From: Opitutaceae bacterium
GTDB taxonomy: Bacteria > Verrucomicrobiota > Verrucomicrobiia > Opitutales > Opitutaceae
Assembly (NCBI GenBank): GCA_002722675.1
Contig: PBMN01000025.1
Coordinates: forward strand, 47,267 to 111,266
Length of the DNA stretch: 64,000 nt
Direction of reading: 5' to 3'
A program made the position numbers and the translations under genes. The notes under the pieces were generated by a model. That model saw nothing but the letters and a program-made list of their open reading frames with translations, made no database searches and was not told the origin of the DNA. Below, in pieces: positions 22,767 through 31,444 of the stretch (positions within the stretch are counted from its first letter, which is position 1; each line of letters opens with the position of its first letter).

Positions 22767-23696
22767 ATGGCGACAAGCATAAGTTTTTTAAATATCAAAG
22801 GAGGTACGGGAAAAACCTCTTTGCTCGTAAATGTGGCATCGTGTCGCGCGTATGTGGAAAAACGCGTTTTGGTGGTCGATTTTGATGCTCAGAGCAATTC
22901 GAGCATTTGGCTCATGCGACTCGACCGGTGGAACGCCTTGTACCGGAATCCAGCGAATTTTGTGCTAAGTGTTTTTAAAGAAAACGGCTCCTCGATACGC
23001 AGTTGTATCCAAAAGGATGTGGTTCGTGATACCGAGGATGATATCGCCCTCAAGGGCCTTGATTTAGTTCCATCGAGCTTCTCGCTAATGGATCTTGAGC
23101 ATGAGGTGCCCAACCCTTGGGAGAAGCCGTTCTACGCTCACTTTTTCGACGAGCTCCGGGACATTGAGGATCAGTACGACTACATCTTTTTTGACTCCCC
23201 ACCCAATTTCTTTCACGGGACGCAATGTTCGGTCTTTTGCAGCGACCACATTGTGGTACCGGCCAACCCAGACGCTTTGAGTGTCGTCGGCTTCCACCTC
23301 CTCATCGACAAACTGGAATCCTTCAAGAAGCAAAGCCACCGCTGGCGTAAGGAGCGTTCCGCTCCTGCTCCGGAAGTACTTGGGATTTCACTTAACGCGG
23401 TTAAACCAGGTTCCAATATCGATGTGCCTATCGGAAGATTCACTGCGCAGATCGAGCGATTCGTAGCCCAAAAGAAGGTGCCGCAAAAGGCCCGCGTTTT
23501 CCCCGAGCAAATTCGTCACTCCATTTCCGTTGGACGGGCAGTCCTGCAAGGCCTACCAATGGTGCTGATGAGCGAGCGGGAGGCTTCCATGCAGGTTGCG
23601 GAAGACTACGTCCATACGACGCACAGGATTCTAAAGCTCACCTCAGACACCATGCCCCGCATCCCTGTTTCAGACCGCTCCCTGTCACTCAATTAG
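22767..23696 (+). CDS. Orphan ParA/Soj-family ATPase
   Basis: Deviant Walker A KGGTGKT, VVDFDAQSN, YDYIFFDSPP; no parB adjacent. Confidence 0.88.
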   Translation: MATSISFLNIKGGTGKTSLLVNVASCRAYVEKRVLVVDFDAQSNSSIWLMRLDRWNALYRNPANFVLSVFKENGSSIRSCIQKDVVRDTEDDIALKGLDLVPSSFSLMDLEHEVPNPWEKPFYAHFFDELRDIEDQYDYIFFDSPPNFFHGTQCSVFCSDHIVVPANPDALSVVGFHLLIDKLESFKKQSHRWRKERSAPAPEVLGISLNAVKPGSNIDVPIGRFTAQIERFVAQKKVPQKARVFPEQIRHSISVGRAVLQGLPMVLMSEREASMQVAEDYVHTTHRILKLTSDTMPRIPVSDRSLSLN

Positions 23697-23881
23697 GCTG
23701 GAAATCGACTCCTTTACGGAGCTCGCCGAGCTATTTGGGTCGACGGGTGACTAACTTGATTGCAGCATTTTTGGTACAATCAATCTTGTCTTCTAAGAGA
23801 TTAGGGCCATCACTTTCTTGGTTTTGGCGTTCCTGCGGGAACTTTGGCACTTTATTTTCCTCATTTCCTCACCAATCTCCA

Positions 23882-24625
23882 ATGGCTAATTCATTCATTG
23901 ATAGCGCTTTTTTAGTCACAGGATCTACTAGAGGTATCGGTCGCGGGATTGCCGAGCTGCTCATTAAAGAGGGCGCCTCAGTCGGGATTCACGGGCGCGA
24001 TACCGAACGGGTCAAAGCCGTTTGCGATGAGCTAGGAGCCGAAAAAGCGGCCCCATTCGGTGCGGACCTCTCCAATCCCGAAAATGCAGCGGGACTGGTT
24101 AAAGCGTTCTACGCCCATTTCGGTCGCCTAGACGGTCTCGTAAATAACGCAGGCGCCGGCAACCCGGTCGCATTTCGCGGTCTCAAGCTGGAGGGCTGGA
24201 GAGCCACGCAAAGTTTGAATTTAGAATCCGCGTTCATTGCATCCCAAGAGGCCTACAAATTGATGCGTAAATCCCGTTCTGGAAGTATCGTGAATATGGC
24301 CTCAATCTCGGCTCATGGACCCGGAAATCTAATGGGGGCGGATTACGCTGCCTCCAAAGCAGGTCTCGTCAGTCTCACACGAACATTTGCCCTCGAAGCC
24401 GCTCGCTTTGGCATCCGCTGCAATGCCGTCTCTCCCGGAATCGTGGAAACCGATATGGCTGAAGGCATGAGCGAAGAGATGATCCAAAAAATGGCGATCC
24501 CTCTCAACCGCCTTGCGACAACCGGCGATGTTGCCAACGTGACAGCATTTCTTCTCTCAGAAAACGCATCCTACTTAACCGGGCAGGTCATCCACGTCGA
24601 TGGCGGTCAGTTCATCTACGGATAG
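23882..24625 (+). CDS. fabG: 3-oxoacyl-ACP reductase (FabG-like SDR)
   Basis: TGSTRGIG, NNAG, YAASK, NAVSPG, VDGG; first gene of a fab-type cluster. Confidence 0.8.
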   Translation: MANSFIDSAFLVTGSTRGIGRGIAELLIKEGASVGIHGRDTERVKAVCDELGAEKAAPFGADLSNPENAAGLVKAFYAHFGRLDGLVNNAGAGNPVAFRGLKLEGWRATQSLNLESAFIASQEAYKLMRKSRSGSIVNMASISAHGPGNLMGADYAASKAGLVSLTRTFALEAARFGIRCNAVSPGIVETDMAEGMSEEMIQKMAIPLNRLATTGDVANVTAFLLSENASYLTGQVIHVDGGQFIYG

Positions 24626-24634
24626 CTCTACTAT

Positions 24635-25903
24635 ATGACTAATGAACCCAGCCAAAGAACCGGCTCCGCCCGCCACCGAGTCGTCGTAACCGGGATGGGA
24701 ATCGCCTCGCCCCTTGGCGTTGATGAAAAAACTGTCTGGAAGAATTTGATTGAGGGCAAAACCGGCATCGGACCCATTCGCGCCATCGACACCTCCGCAT
24801 TGAAAGTACGCAATGGCGCAGAAGTGCCTGAGGGACTGGCGGAAGCACGGCTTAAATCCATGGGTCGACGTCCCAGTGATCGGGCTCTCGACCTGGCGGT
24901 CGTTTCTGCCCAAGATGCCCTGCTAAATGCCAAACTCATCGCTCAAGAGCAAGAAATCGTCCCTCAAGATGTATCCGTTATTTACGGCACAGGGGTTGGA
25001 AGTGCGGAAAGCCACTACAAGTCCATGCAGGCTATGTTTGAGAAAGGACCTCAGAGAGCTCGACCCACTGCAGTACCTCGCTGCATGTACAACGCTATTT
25101 CCGCGGGCATTTCTCTTCAGTTCAAACTCACGGGTGCCAACTACATGGTCGTATCCGCTTGCACATCGGCAACCAATGCAATCGGGTCCGCTTATCGCAT
25201 GGTCCGAGACGGATATGCCCAGACCGTTCTTACCGGTGGATCGGACGGTTTTTTCGACCCCTTTTTCTATCCTGTCTGGAATAACATAGGCGTGCTTTCC
25301 AAAGTTGAGGACCCCATCAAAGCCTGCCGCCCTTTCGCCGCAGATCGGGAAGGTACTATTTTAGGCGAAGGGGCCGGGACGCTCATCCTAGAAACCTTGG
25401 AAAGCGCCCGCTCTAGAGGCGTGCCTATTCGTGGAGAGGTCCTCGGCTATGGGGAGTCGTCAGATGCGACCCATCTAACAAACCCAAGTTCGAAGGGCCA
25501 AGCGAAAGCCATGAGAATGGCCTTGAATGAGGCAGGTGTCTCACCTCAAGACATAGGACACATCAACGCCCACGGCACAGCCACCCACGGGAATGATGCC
25601 TGTGAAAGTATGTCAATCCGCAGTGTCTTTGGCGATGCCGCTGACGACGTTCCTGTCGTCGCCAACAAAAGCTATTTCGGCCATACCCTAGGTGCTTCAG
25701 GGGCTCTCGAGTGCATATCTGCTTTTCTCGCCCTTGAGCATGGCATCTCCCCTCCAAATCTAAATATTGAAAATCCCGACCCGGAATGCAGAATCCATAT
25801 GGTCGGATCAAAATCAGTATCCATTGATTCAAGACCAGTAATGAAAAATAGTTTCGGATTCGGCGGCGGCAACGGCGTTTTAGTACTTGGACCTTGCAAC
25901 TAG
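24635..25903 (+). CDS. fabF: Beta-ketoacyl-ACP synthase II (FabF-like)
   Basis: Cys-His-His triad: SACTS, NAHGT, GHTLGA; C-terminal NSFGFGG. Confidence 0.88.
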   Translation: MTNEPSQRTGSARHRVVVTGMGIASPLGVDEKTVWKNLIEGKTGIGPIRAIDTSALKVRNGAEVPEGLAEARLKSMGRRPSDRALDLAVVSAQDALLNAKLIAQEQEIVPQDVSVIYGTGVGSAESHYKSMQAMFEKGPQRARPTAVPRCMYNAISAGISLQFKLTGANYMVVSACTSATNAIGSAYRMVRDGYAQTVLTGGSDGFFDPFFYPVWNNIGVLSKVEDPIKACRPFAADREGTILGEGAGTLILETLESARSRGVPIRGEVLGYGESSDATHLTNPSSKGQAKAMRMALNEAGVSPQDIGHINAHGTATHGNDACESMSIRSVFGDAADDVPVVANKSYFGHTLGASGALECISAFLALEHGISPPNLNIENPDPECRIHMVGSKSVSIDSRPVMKNSFGFGGGNGVLVLGPCN

Positions 25904-25912
25904 AAATAATTT

Positions 25913-26170
25913 ATGAGCGACATCTCAAAAGAAGAAGAAATCATCGGGCAGCTTCGAGGCATTCTCGAAGAATCCTCTACCACAGAACCGGATTGGGATA
26001 ATTTCGGTCGAAATTCGACGATCGAATCCCTCGGGCTCGATTCTCTCACCATCCTCGATTTACTCTACGATATAGAGGAAGAAATTGGAGTCCACTTGGA
26101 GGCAAAGAAAGTTCTCAACATCACTACGCTTGGAGAGCTCGTCGACTTGCTCATCAAAAACGGCGCTTGA
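25913..26170 (+). CDS. Acyl carrier protein (divergent, not housekeeping AcpP)
   Basis: LGLDSL phosphopantetheine site; acidic, 85 aa. Confidence 0.88.
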   Translation: MSDISKEEEIIGQLRGILEESSTTEPDWDNFGRNSTIESLGLDSLTILDLLYDIEEEIGVHLEAKKVLNITTLGELVDLLIKNGA

Positions 26171-27048
26171 AACACCTTCGTCATCTCATCGAGTATGGCT
26201 TGTTCCGAGTCGTACTTTTTCTCTTCGATTCCCTTCCCTACACGTTCACTTGTATGGTGGCTCGCGGTGCTGCCAATGTATGGTGGGTATTTGACCGTAA
26301 ACGCCAGATAGTGGGACGCGACAATGTCATCCGAAGCGGAATTGAGACCGATCCCAAGAAGGCTCGAGCCATCGCGAAAAAGGCGGCTCACCACATGGCT
26401 ATTGTCGTCGTAGAGTCTCTTCGTTCTACAGATTTCCTAAGCGACGAAGATACCACTGATCACCTCGTGCTCGACATAAAGCCAGATGTGCTTGCCGTGA
26501 TGCAGGATCCCGAGCAGAGCCTCATTATCGCATCAGGACACTTTGGGAATTGGGAAGTCGCTGGACATTGGGTCTCTAAGTTCAAGCCCGTAGCGGGTAT
26601 CACCCGAGCCATGAACAATCCGCTCATTGAGTCTATGGTCAAGAAAAGGAAGTCCCGGTTCCGGTTTCGCCCAATCCCCAAACACGACAGCAATATGGGT
26701 CGATTTCTTGAGGTTCTCGAAAACAAAGAATTCCTTGCCCTCCTATTCGATCAGCACGCGGGCGAATATGGAATGATGATCGATTTCTTTGGTCATCCGG
26801 CGTCCACTTTTAAGACCCCGCCCATGTTGCACCTGGTCACCCGCACGCCACTTTGCTTCGCCTCCTGCCGCCGTATTGGACCGATGAAATTCAAGATCTG
26901 CACTTCTAACCTAATCCATCAGCCACGCAGTGGAAACAAGAATGAAGATCTCAAAGCAATCCTGGGCAGCTTGAATCGCGACCTAGAGGCCGCCATCCGC
27001 AAAGACCCCACTCAGTATCTCTGGGGACATCGGCGCTGGCGAGACTAA
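26167..27048 (+). CDS. LpxL/HtrB-family lysophospholipid (lipid A secondary) acyltransferase
   Basis: GHFGNWE (HX4E), DQHAG, FFGHPA, PTQYLWGHRRW; TTG start overlaps the ACP stop. Confidence 0.88.
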   Translation: MKHLRHLIEYGLFRVVLFLFDSLPYTFTCMVARGAANVWWVFDRKRQIVGRDNVIRSGIETDPKKARAIAKKAAHHMAIVVVESLRSTDFLSDEDTTDHLVLDIKPDVLAVMQDPEQSLIIASGHFGNWEVAGHWVSKFKPVAGITRAMNNPLIESMVKKRKSRFRFRPIPKHDSNMGRFLEVLENKEFLALLFDQHAGEYGMMIDFFGHPASTFKTPPMLHLVTRTPLCFASCRRIGPMKFKICTSNLIHQPRSGNKNEDLKAILGSLNRDLEAAIRKDPTQYLWGHRRWRD

Positions 27049-27055
27049 GCACCTA

Positions 27056-27547
27056 CTATACCCTTTTTCCGATATAGGTGTGATCGTATCGATTGGCATC
27101 GATTTCAGCGATCCCAGTGAGTCGTCCCCACTCCTCAAATCCGAATTTCAGTAATAGGTTCATACTCGGAGCATTGGATCCGAGCAATGTAGAGACGATT
27201 ATCTCGATACCCAGATGGGAACAATCTGAGATCGCTCGCTCGACGAGCCCGGTACCAACTCCCTTGCCTCGATGCGCTTCTGAAATGGAGTAACTGATTT
27301 CTGCAGTCATATCGAAGGCCGATCGGCCGTAACGGAAAGGACTCAGACTGCACCATCCCTCCGTCTCTGCATTATTTTCGGCAACGTAAATGGGATACCT
27401 TTCTTCAGAGTGTTCCTTCAGCCAGTTTTCCTTGTTTTCAATTTATGCATAATCCGTACCCGCTGTTAATATACGTGTTTCAATCGCTTCGTTATAAATC
27501 CGAACGATACTCTACCAGTCACTCACTTCGGCTATTCGTATACCCAT
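27056..27547 (-). pseudogene. GNAT N-acetyltransferase (YncA/MnaT/Pat-like) with two in-frame stops
   Basis: MGIRIAEVSDW*SIVRIYNEAI...YA*IE...TAEISY..HRGKGVG...NAPSMNLLLKFGFEEWG, all in one frame. Confidence 0.85.
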
Positions 27548-27774
27548 CTCTGACAAAATATACCGATTTTTTAGCCTTCGTAATCTACCCCTTCTGGCCA
27601 AGCAAAAGTGCAGAAAAGGGGTTCTGACACTAACCTTTTTGTCTTCCTATTGAATCTCCACGCAGCAGCTGCCTCAGAAGAAGGCTACATCAGTGAAAAC
27701 TCCTTATTTTCGATCTTGAGTTTTCGAAACGCGTCGTATTTCGTTCCGGCTCGTTACGCGAGAGCGTGAACCGT

Positions 27775-27851
27775 GGGGCAGTAGCTCAGCTGGATAGAGC
27801 ACCTGATTTCTAATCCGGTGGTCGGGGGTTCGAGTCCCTCCTGCCCTACCA
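27775..27851 (+). tRNA. tRNA-Arg(TCT)
   Basis: Cloverleaf GGGGCAG...CTGCCCT-A-CCA, loop TT-TCT-AA, TTCGAGT T-loop, A20; one T:C mismatch in the anticodon stem. Confidence 0.93.
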
Positions 27852-28031
27852 TCCCTAAAGCTTAATCACAAAGGGCTAAGAATTGATTAACCTAGTGCCG
27901 AGGACAACGAAAGAGGGACGAGATGCACCATTTCACATCGCAATGTAAAACCACCCCCACTGATGAAAAGGGCCTGATACAATCAACATTCGCTAGGTGC
28001 TAACAACTAATCGCCAAACGCCCCCTCAATC

Positions 28032-29132
28032 CTACGCCAACGCGTATTGCTTTTCAGTTAGCTCAGTAAGAGATACCCAGTTTTTCCAGGCAGTTTGTAC
28101 CTCTTTGTTCAGTTCCTTGATTTCGAGCAGCAATATTTGGCGGCGTTCTTCTGTCGCCACTTTCAGTTCGCGGTAGGCTCTGGCCAATTCAGCGGCCTTC
28201 CCCTCAAACTGCTTCGACATTTCCTCAAGCTTGTGACGCACCTCCTGTGCACCTTCATCGATTTCATCTCGAATACGCTCCAGAAGCAACTGCTTGTCGT
28301 TTTTGACCAAGGTTTGCTGGATGCGAATGTTGTTTACCCAACGGAGGTTCTTTACGAGACCGATCTTGGACGAGGTCCAGATCAGCCATTTGGTAGGGTC
28401 AAAATGGTACCAGCGGATGCCGTTGCGGTAGTCATTGGCGATCGCGTGGTGGTAGTTGTGGTAGCCTTCACCGAAAGTCACTAGGGCTAGCAGGGCGTTA
28501 TCTGCCGCTGTCTGTTCCTTAGAATAAGTGCGAGACCCCCAGATGTGGGCCAATGAATTGATGAACCAAGTGCAATGGTGAATCGTAAAAATACGAAGTA
28601 GCACGCAACCGACAAAGGAAGCCAGCGGAGACATGAATAGGCAGCCGAGAGCGAATACGGCTCCATTTACCAGCAGAAACAGCTTCCCGTAGTGGTTGTG
28701 CTGAAACATGACTCGTTTGTTTTTCAAAAGGTCCCCGACGATCCGATTATTGATTGGAATGGGCTTTCTGGCGAAAAGCCAACCGACGTGGGCGAACCAG
28801 AATCCTCGGTTAATATTGTAGGGATCTTTCTCCGTGTCCACGTGGCTGTGGTGGATGCGGTGGTCATTGGACCAGCCCAAGGCGGACATTTGACCTGAGA
28901 GCATTGACATTATGAGCCAAAACCACTCGTAGACCGGGTTCGCGTCGTACGTTCTGTGGGCAAACAAGCGATGATAGGCGGCAGTAATCGCGAACCCAGA
29001 GAGGACAAAAGTCACGAAGTAGATTACGAAAGTCGCGAAGTTGAAATCACTAACAACGAATGGCAGCAGAGTGAAAAGGACGACGTGATAGCCTGATATA
29101 GTAGCAAAAGTTCCCCAGTTTTGTATACGCAT
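28032..29132 (-). CDS. Acyl-CoA delta-9 fatty acid desaturase
   Basis: His boxes HRLFAH, HRIHH, HNYHH; C-terminal coiled coil; start at MRIQNW. Confidence 0.92.
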   Translation of the reverse strand: MRIQNWGTFATISGYHVVLFTLLPFVVSDFNFATFVIYFVTFVLSGFAITAAYHRLFAHRTYDANPVYEWFWLIMSMLSGQMSALGWSNDHRIHHSHVDTEKDPYNINRGFWFAHVGWLFARKPIPINNRIVGDLLKNKRVMFQHNHYGKLFLLVNGAVFALGCLFMSPLASFVGCVLLRIFTIHHCTWFINSLAHIWGSRTYSKEQTAADNALLALVTFGEGYHNYHHAIANDYRNGIRWYHFDPTKWLIWTSSKIGLVKNLRWVNNIRIQQTLVKNDKQLLLERIRDEIDEGAQEVRHKLEEMSKQFEGKAAELARAYRELKVATEERRQILLLEIKELNKEVQTAWKNWVSLTELTEKQYALA

Positions 29133-29383
29133 GTTTAAAATAGAAGTCCCTAGGTGGGAAAGTTTGTTCAACAAAAACGACGCATGTCTGGTGATTTTTT
29201 TTAAATACGCAACCCTTAGATAACGGTTTTCGGTTAATTTCCTGAAAATTGGCAAAATCAGTATTAAAAATAAGGCCGTTAAACTGACAAAACACGTAAA
29301 ATTGAACCGATTTAGGAGAGAATACAAAAACGGATCTAGCTCGTTAAAACTTTGAATCTTTTCGAGAATTCAGCTTATTTAGG

Positions 29384-30397
29384 ATGTTTAGCGTCGAATC
29401 CTACCCGCTCACCCATTTTCCAGTGGAACGCCCAGACTCACCACCAGCTTCAAACCCGCAGAATCCTCTTAATCGACTCAAGGGATCTTTAGTTAATCGC
29501 TTAAACGGGAAAAGCGACGCTATCGACGCGATTGTGTCCTGCCTCCTTGCGGAGGGTCACATTTTGATCGAAGACGTGCCGGGTGTTGGTAAAACCACCC
29601 TCGCCTACGTCTTGGCAAAGTCACTCGACTGCCAATTCAACCGCATCCAATTTACCATTGATATTCTGCCATCCGACATCCTCGGTGTCTCCATTTACAA
29701 AGGATCAGATAATCAATTCGAGTTTTTCAAGGGTCCTGTCTTCTCCAACATCGTAATCGCCGACGAGATTAACCGAGCCTCCCCTAAATCTCAATCCGCC
29801 CTGCTCGAAGCAATGGAGCGAGGTTTGGTAACGATCGATGGCACCTCGCGTCCGATCGAGCCGCCTTTCATGGTGATCGCCACGCAAAACCCGATCGACT
29901 TTGAAAGCACTTTTCCGCTCCCAAGCGCCCAACTGGATCGCTTCCTAATGCGTATTTCGATGGGCTACCTAGAGAAGGAGGACGAATCCCGTATGCTTCG
30001 ATCCGGAAAACTCCACTACGACCACATGGATATCGAACCCGTAGTCTCCAAAGCAGAGATTATCTCCCTGCAGCAACAAGTCGAAACCGTGTTCATGGAA
30101 GACTCCCTCTACGAATACCTCCATGAGATTATTCTGGCAACCCGCAACCAGCAAAATATCGACGTGGGAATCAGCCCTCGGGGCGCGATTGCTTTTCGTT
30201 CTTCCGTACAGGCTGCCGCCTTAGTCGCGGGAAGGGATTTTGTTTCACCAGAGGACATTCAACGACTTGCGGTTCCTTGCTTGGCGCATCGACTCCGACT
30301 CGCACACAGCCTATCTGGGTCCCATGAATGGGGACGGTCTGCGAAGATTGTCCGAGAGATTCTAAATGAAATCCCCGCCCCTCATATTAAAGATTGA
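29384..30397 (+). CDS. moxR: MoxR-family AAA+ ATPase
   Basis: DVPGVGKT, RIQFT, DEINRA, ATQNP, FPLP.AQLDRF. Confidence 0.92.
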   Translation: MFSVESYPLTHFPVERPDSPPASNPQNPLNRLKGSLVNRLNGKSDAIDAIVSCLLAEGHILIEDVPGVGKTTLAYVLAKSLDCQFNRIQFTIDILPSDILGVSIYKGSDNQFEFFKGPVFSNIVIADEINRASPKSQSALLEAMERGLVTIDGTSRPIEPPFMVIATQNPIDFESTFPLPSAQLDRFLMRISMGYLEKEDESRMLRSGKLHYDHMDIEPVVSKAEIISLQQQVETVFMEDSLYEYLHEIILATRNQQNIDVGISPRGAIAFRSSVQAAALVAGRDFVSPEDIQRLAVPCLAHRLRLAHSLSGSHEWGRSAKIVREILNEIPAPHIKD

Positions 30398-30406
30398 CTT
30401 TGGACC

Positions 30407-31444
30407 ATGCCACGAGTCTTCCAAAGGCTGACTTTTCAAGGTTCCGTTTGCCTACTCGGGGCCGCTCTATCTCTCGGTTCGTCTTGGCTGTTTAGCAACG
30501 CGTTAGCTTTTCTCATTGGGTACGCTCTTTTATTCGGGCTGGCGTTTCATTGGATTATCTCTCGTTTCTGTGTCCAAAAACTAGAGGCAGAACTGGTGCC
30601 ACTAGGCACACACGCCCGAGCCCACGAAGCCTTTCCTTTCGAAGCGCGACTGACCAATCGGAGTACGTGGTTACCGATTCGCAGTCCGAGTATCAGAACC
30701 GTCGAATCAGGAAGAAAACGGGAAACTACCCTCCAGGTTCCCTGCGCACTTCTACCAGGGCAAACTGCCAAAATTACTTTCTATCCTCAATTTGGACGAC
30801 GGGGAAAACAGCGGCTCATCGCGGTGGAAGCTTTCTCCTTATTTCCACTTGGGATGACTCGATCAAGCTGCGTTTTCTCGCAAGTCTCCCCAGCTGTCTC
30901 CATTTGGCCTGAAGCGATCTCGTCTCCTGTTGAGCTATTTCGAGCCTGGGAAAATCAGCCTCAAACCGATCGGGAATCCGTTCGGCGAGCGACTGCAGAG
31001 CAGATAGACCCGAATCTCTTTCGAGGCTACCTTCCCGGTGATGCAATAAGGCGCATTAATTGGAGATTATCGGCCAAGACCAGCACACTCGTCGTTAACC
31101 AAAACCCTGATAATGCCCAAGCACGCCTCTGGCTCCGAATCAATACGCATCCCTCCCATTGGAAACGCCCCGTAGACTTTGAGAGCGGGATTCGACTTCT
31201 GGCATCGGCTCTAGAATTTGGATTCAAGCAAAGAATGCTAGCGGGAATTACGATCAATGATCGGCAAATTTCGATCCGCAGCTATGAGGACTTCAATCGG
31301 GCTGTGGACCAAATTAGCGAGTTAGGAATGGATCTCGAAGCAGACGCTCATATTCCAGATCTCAAGAGAGGTGAATTCCTTATTGTGAGTAGCAAAAAGG
31401 GTGTGGCGATTCAGACTTCAATCCCCCAACGGGTAGCGGTATGA
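30407..31444 (+). CDS. DUF58 domain-containing protein
   Basis: RGYLPGDAIRRINWRLSAK motif; N-terminal TM helices; follows moxR. Confidence 0.85.
   Translation: MPRVFQRLTFQGSVCLLGAALSLGSSWLFSNALAFLIGYALLFGLAFHWIISRFCVQKLEAELVPLGTHARAHEAFPFEARLTNRSTWLPIRSPSIRTVESGRKRETTLQVPCALLPGQTAKITFYPQFGRRGKQRLIAVEAFSLFPLGMTRSSCVFSQVSPAVSIWPEAISSPVELFRAWENQPQTDRESVRRATAEQIDPNLFRGYLPGDAIRRINWRLSAKTSTLVVNQNPDNAQARLWLRINTHPSHWKRPVDFESGIRLLASALEFGFKQRMLAGITINDRQISIRSYEDFNRAVDQISELGMDLEADAHIPDLKRGEFLIVSSKKGVAIQTSIPQRVAV

Noticed and set aside
23844-23860. Sigma54 promoter before fabG (TTGGCAC...)
   Set aside because: The -12 position reads TC rather than GC.
27802-27818. Reading the tRNA anticodon as CTA (amber suppressor)
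   Set aside because: Shifting the loop destroys anticodon-stem pairing; TCT with A20 fits arginine.
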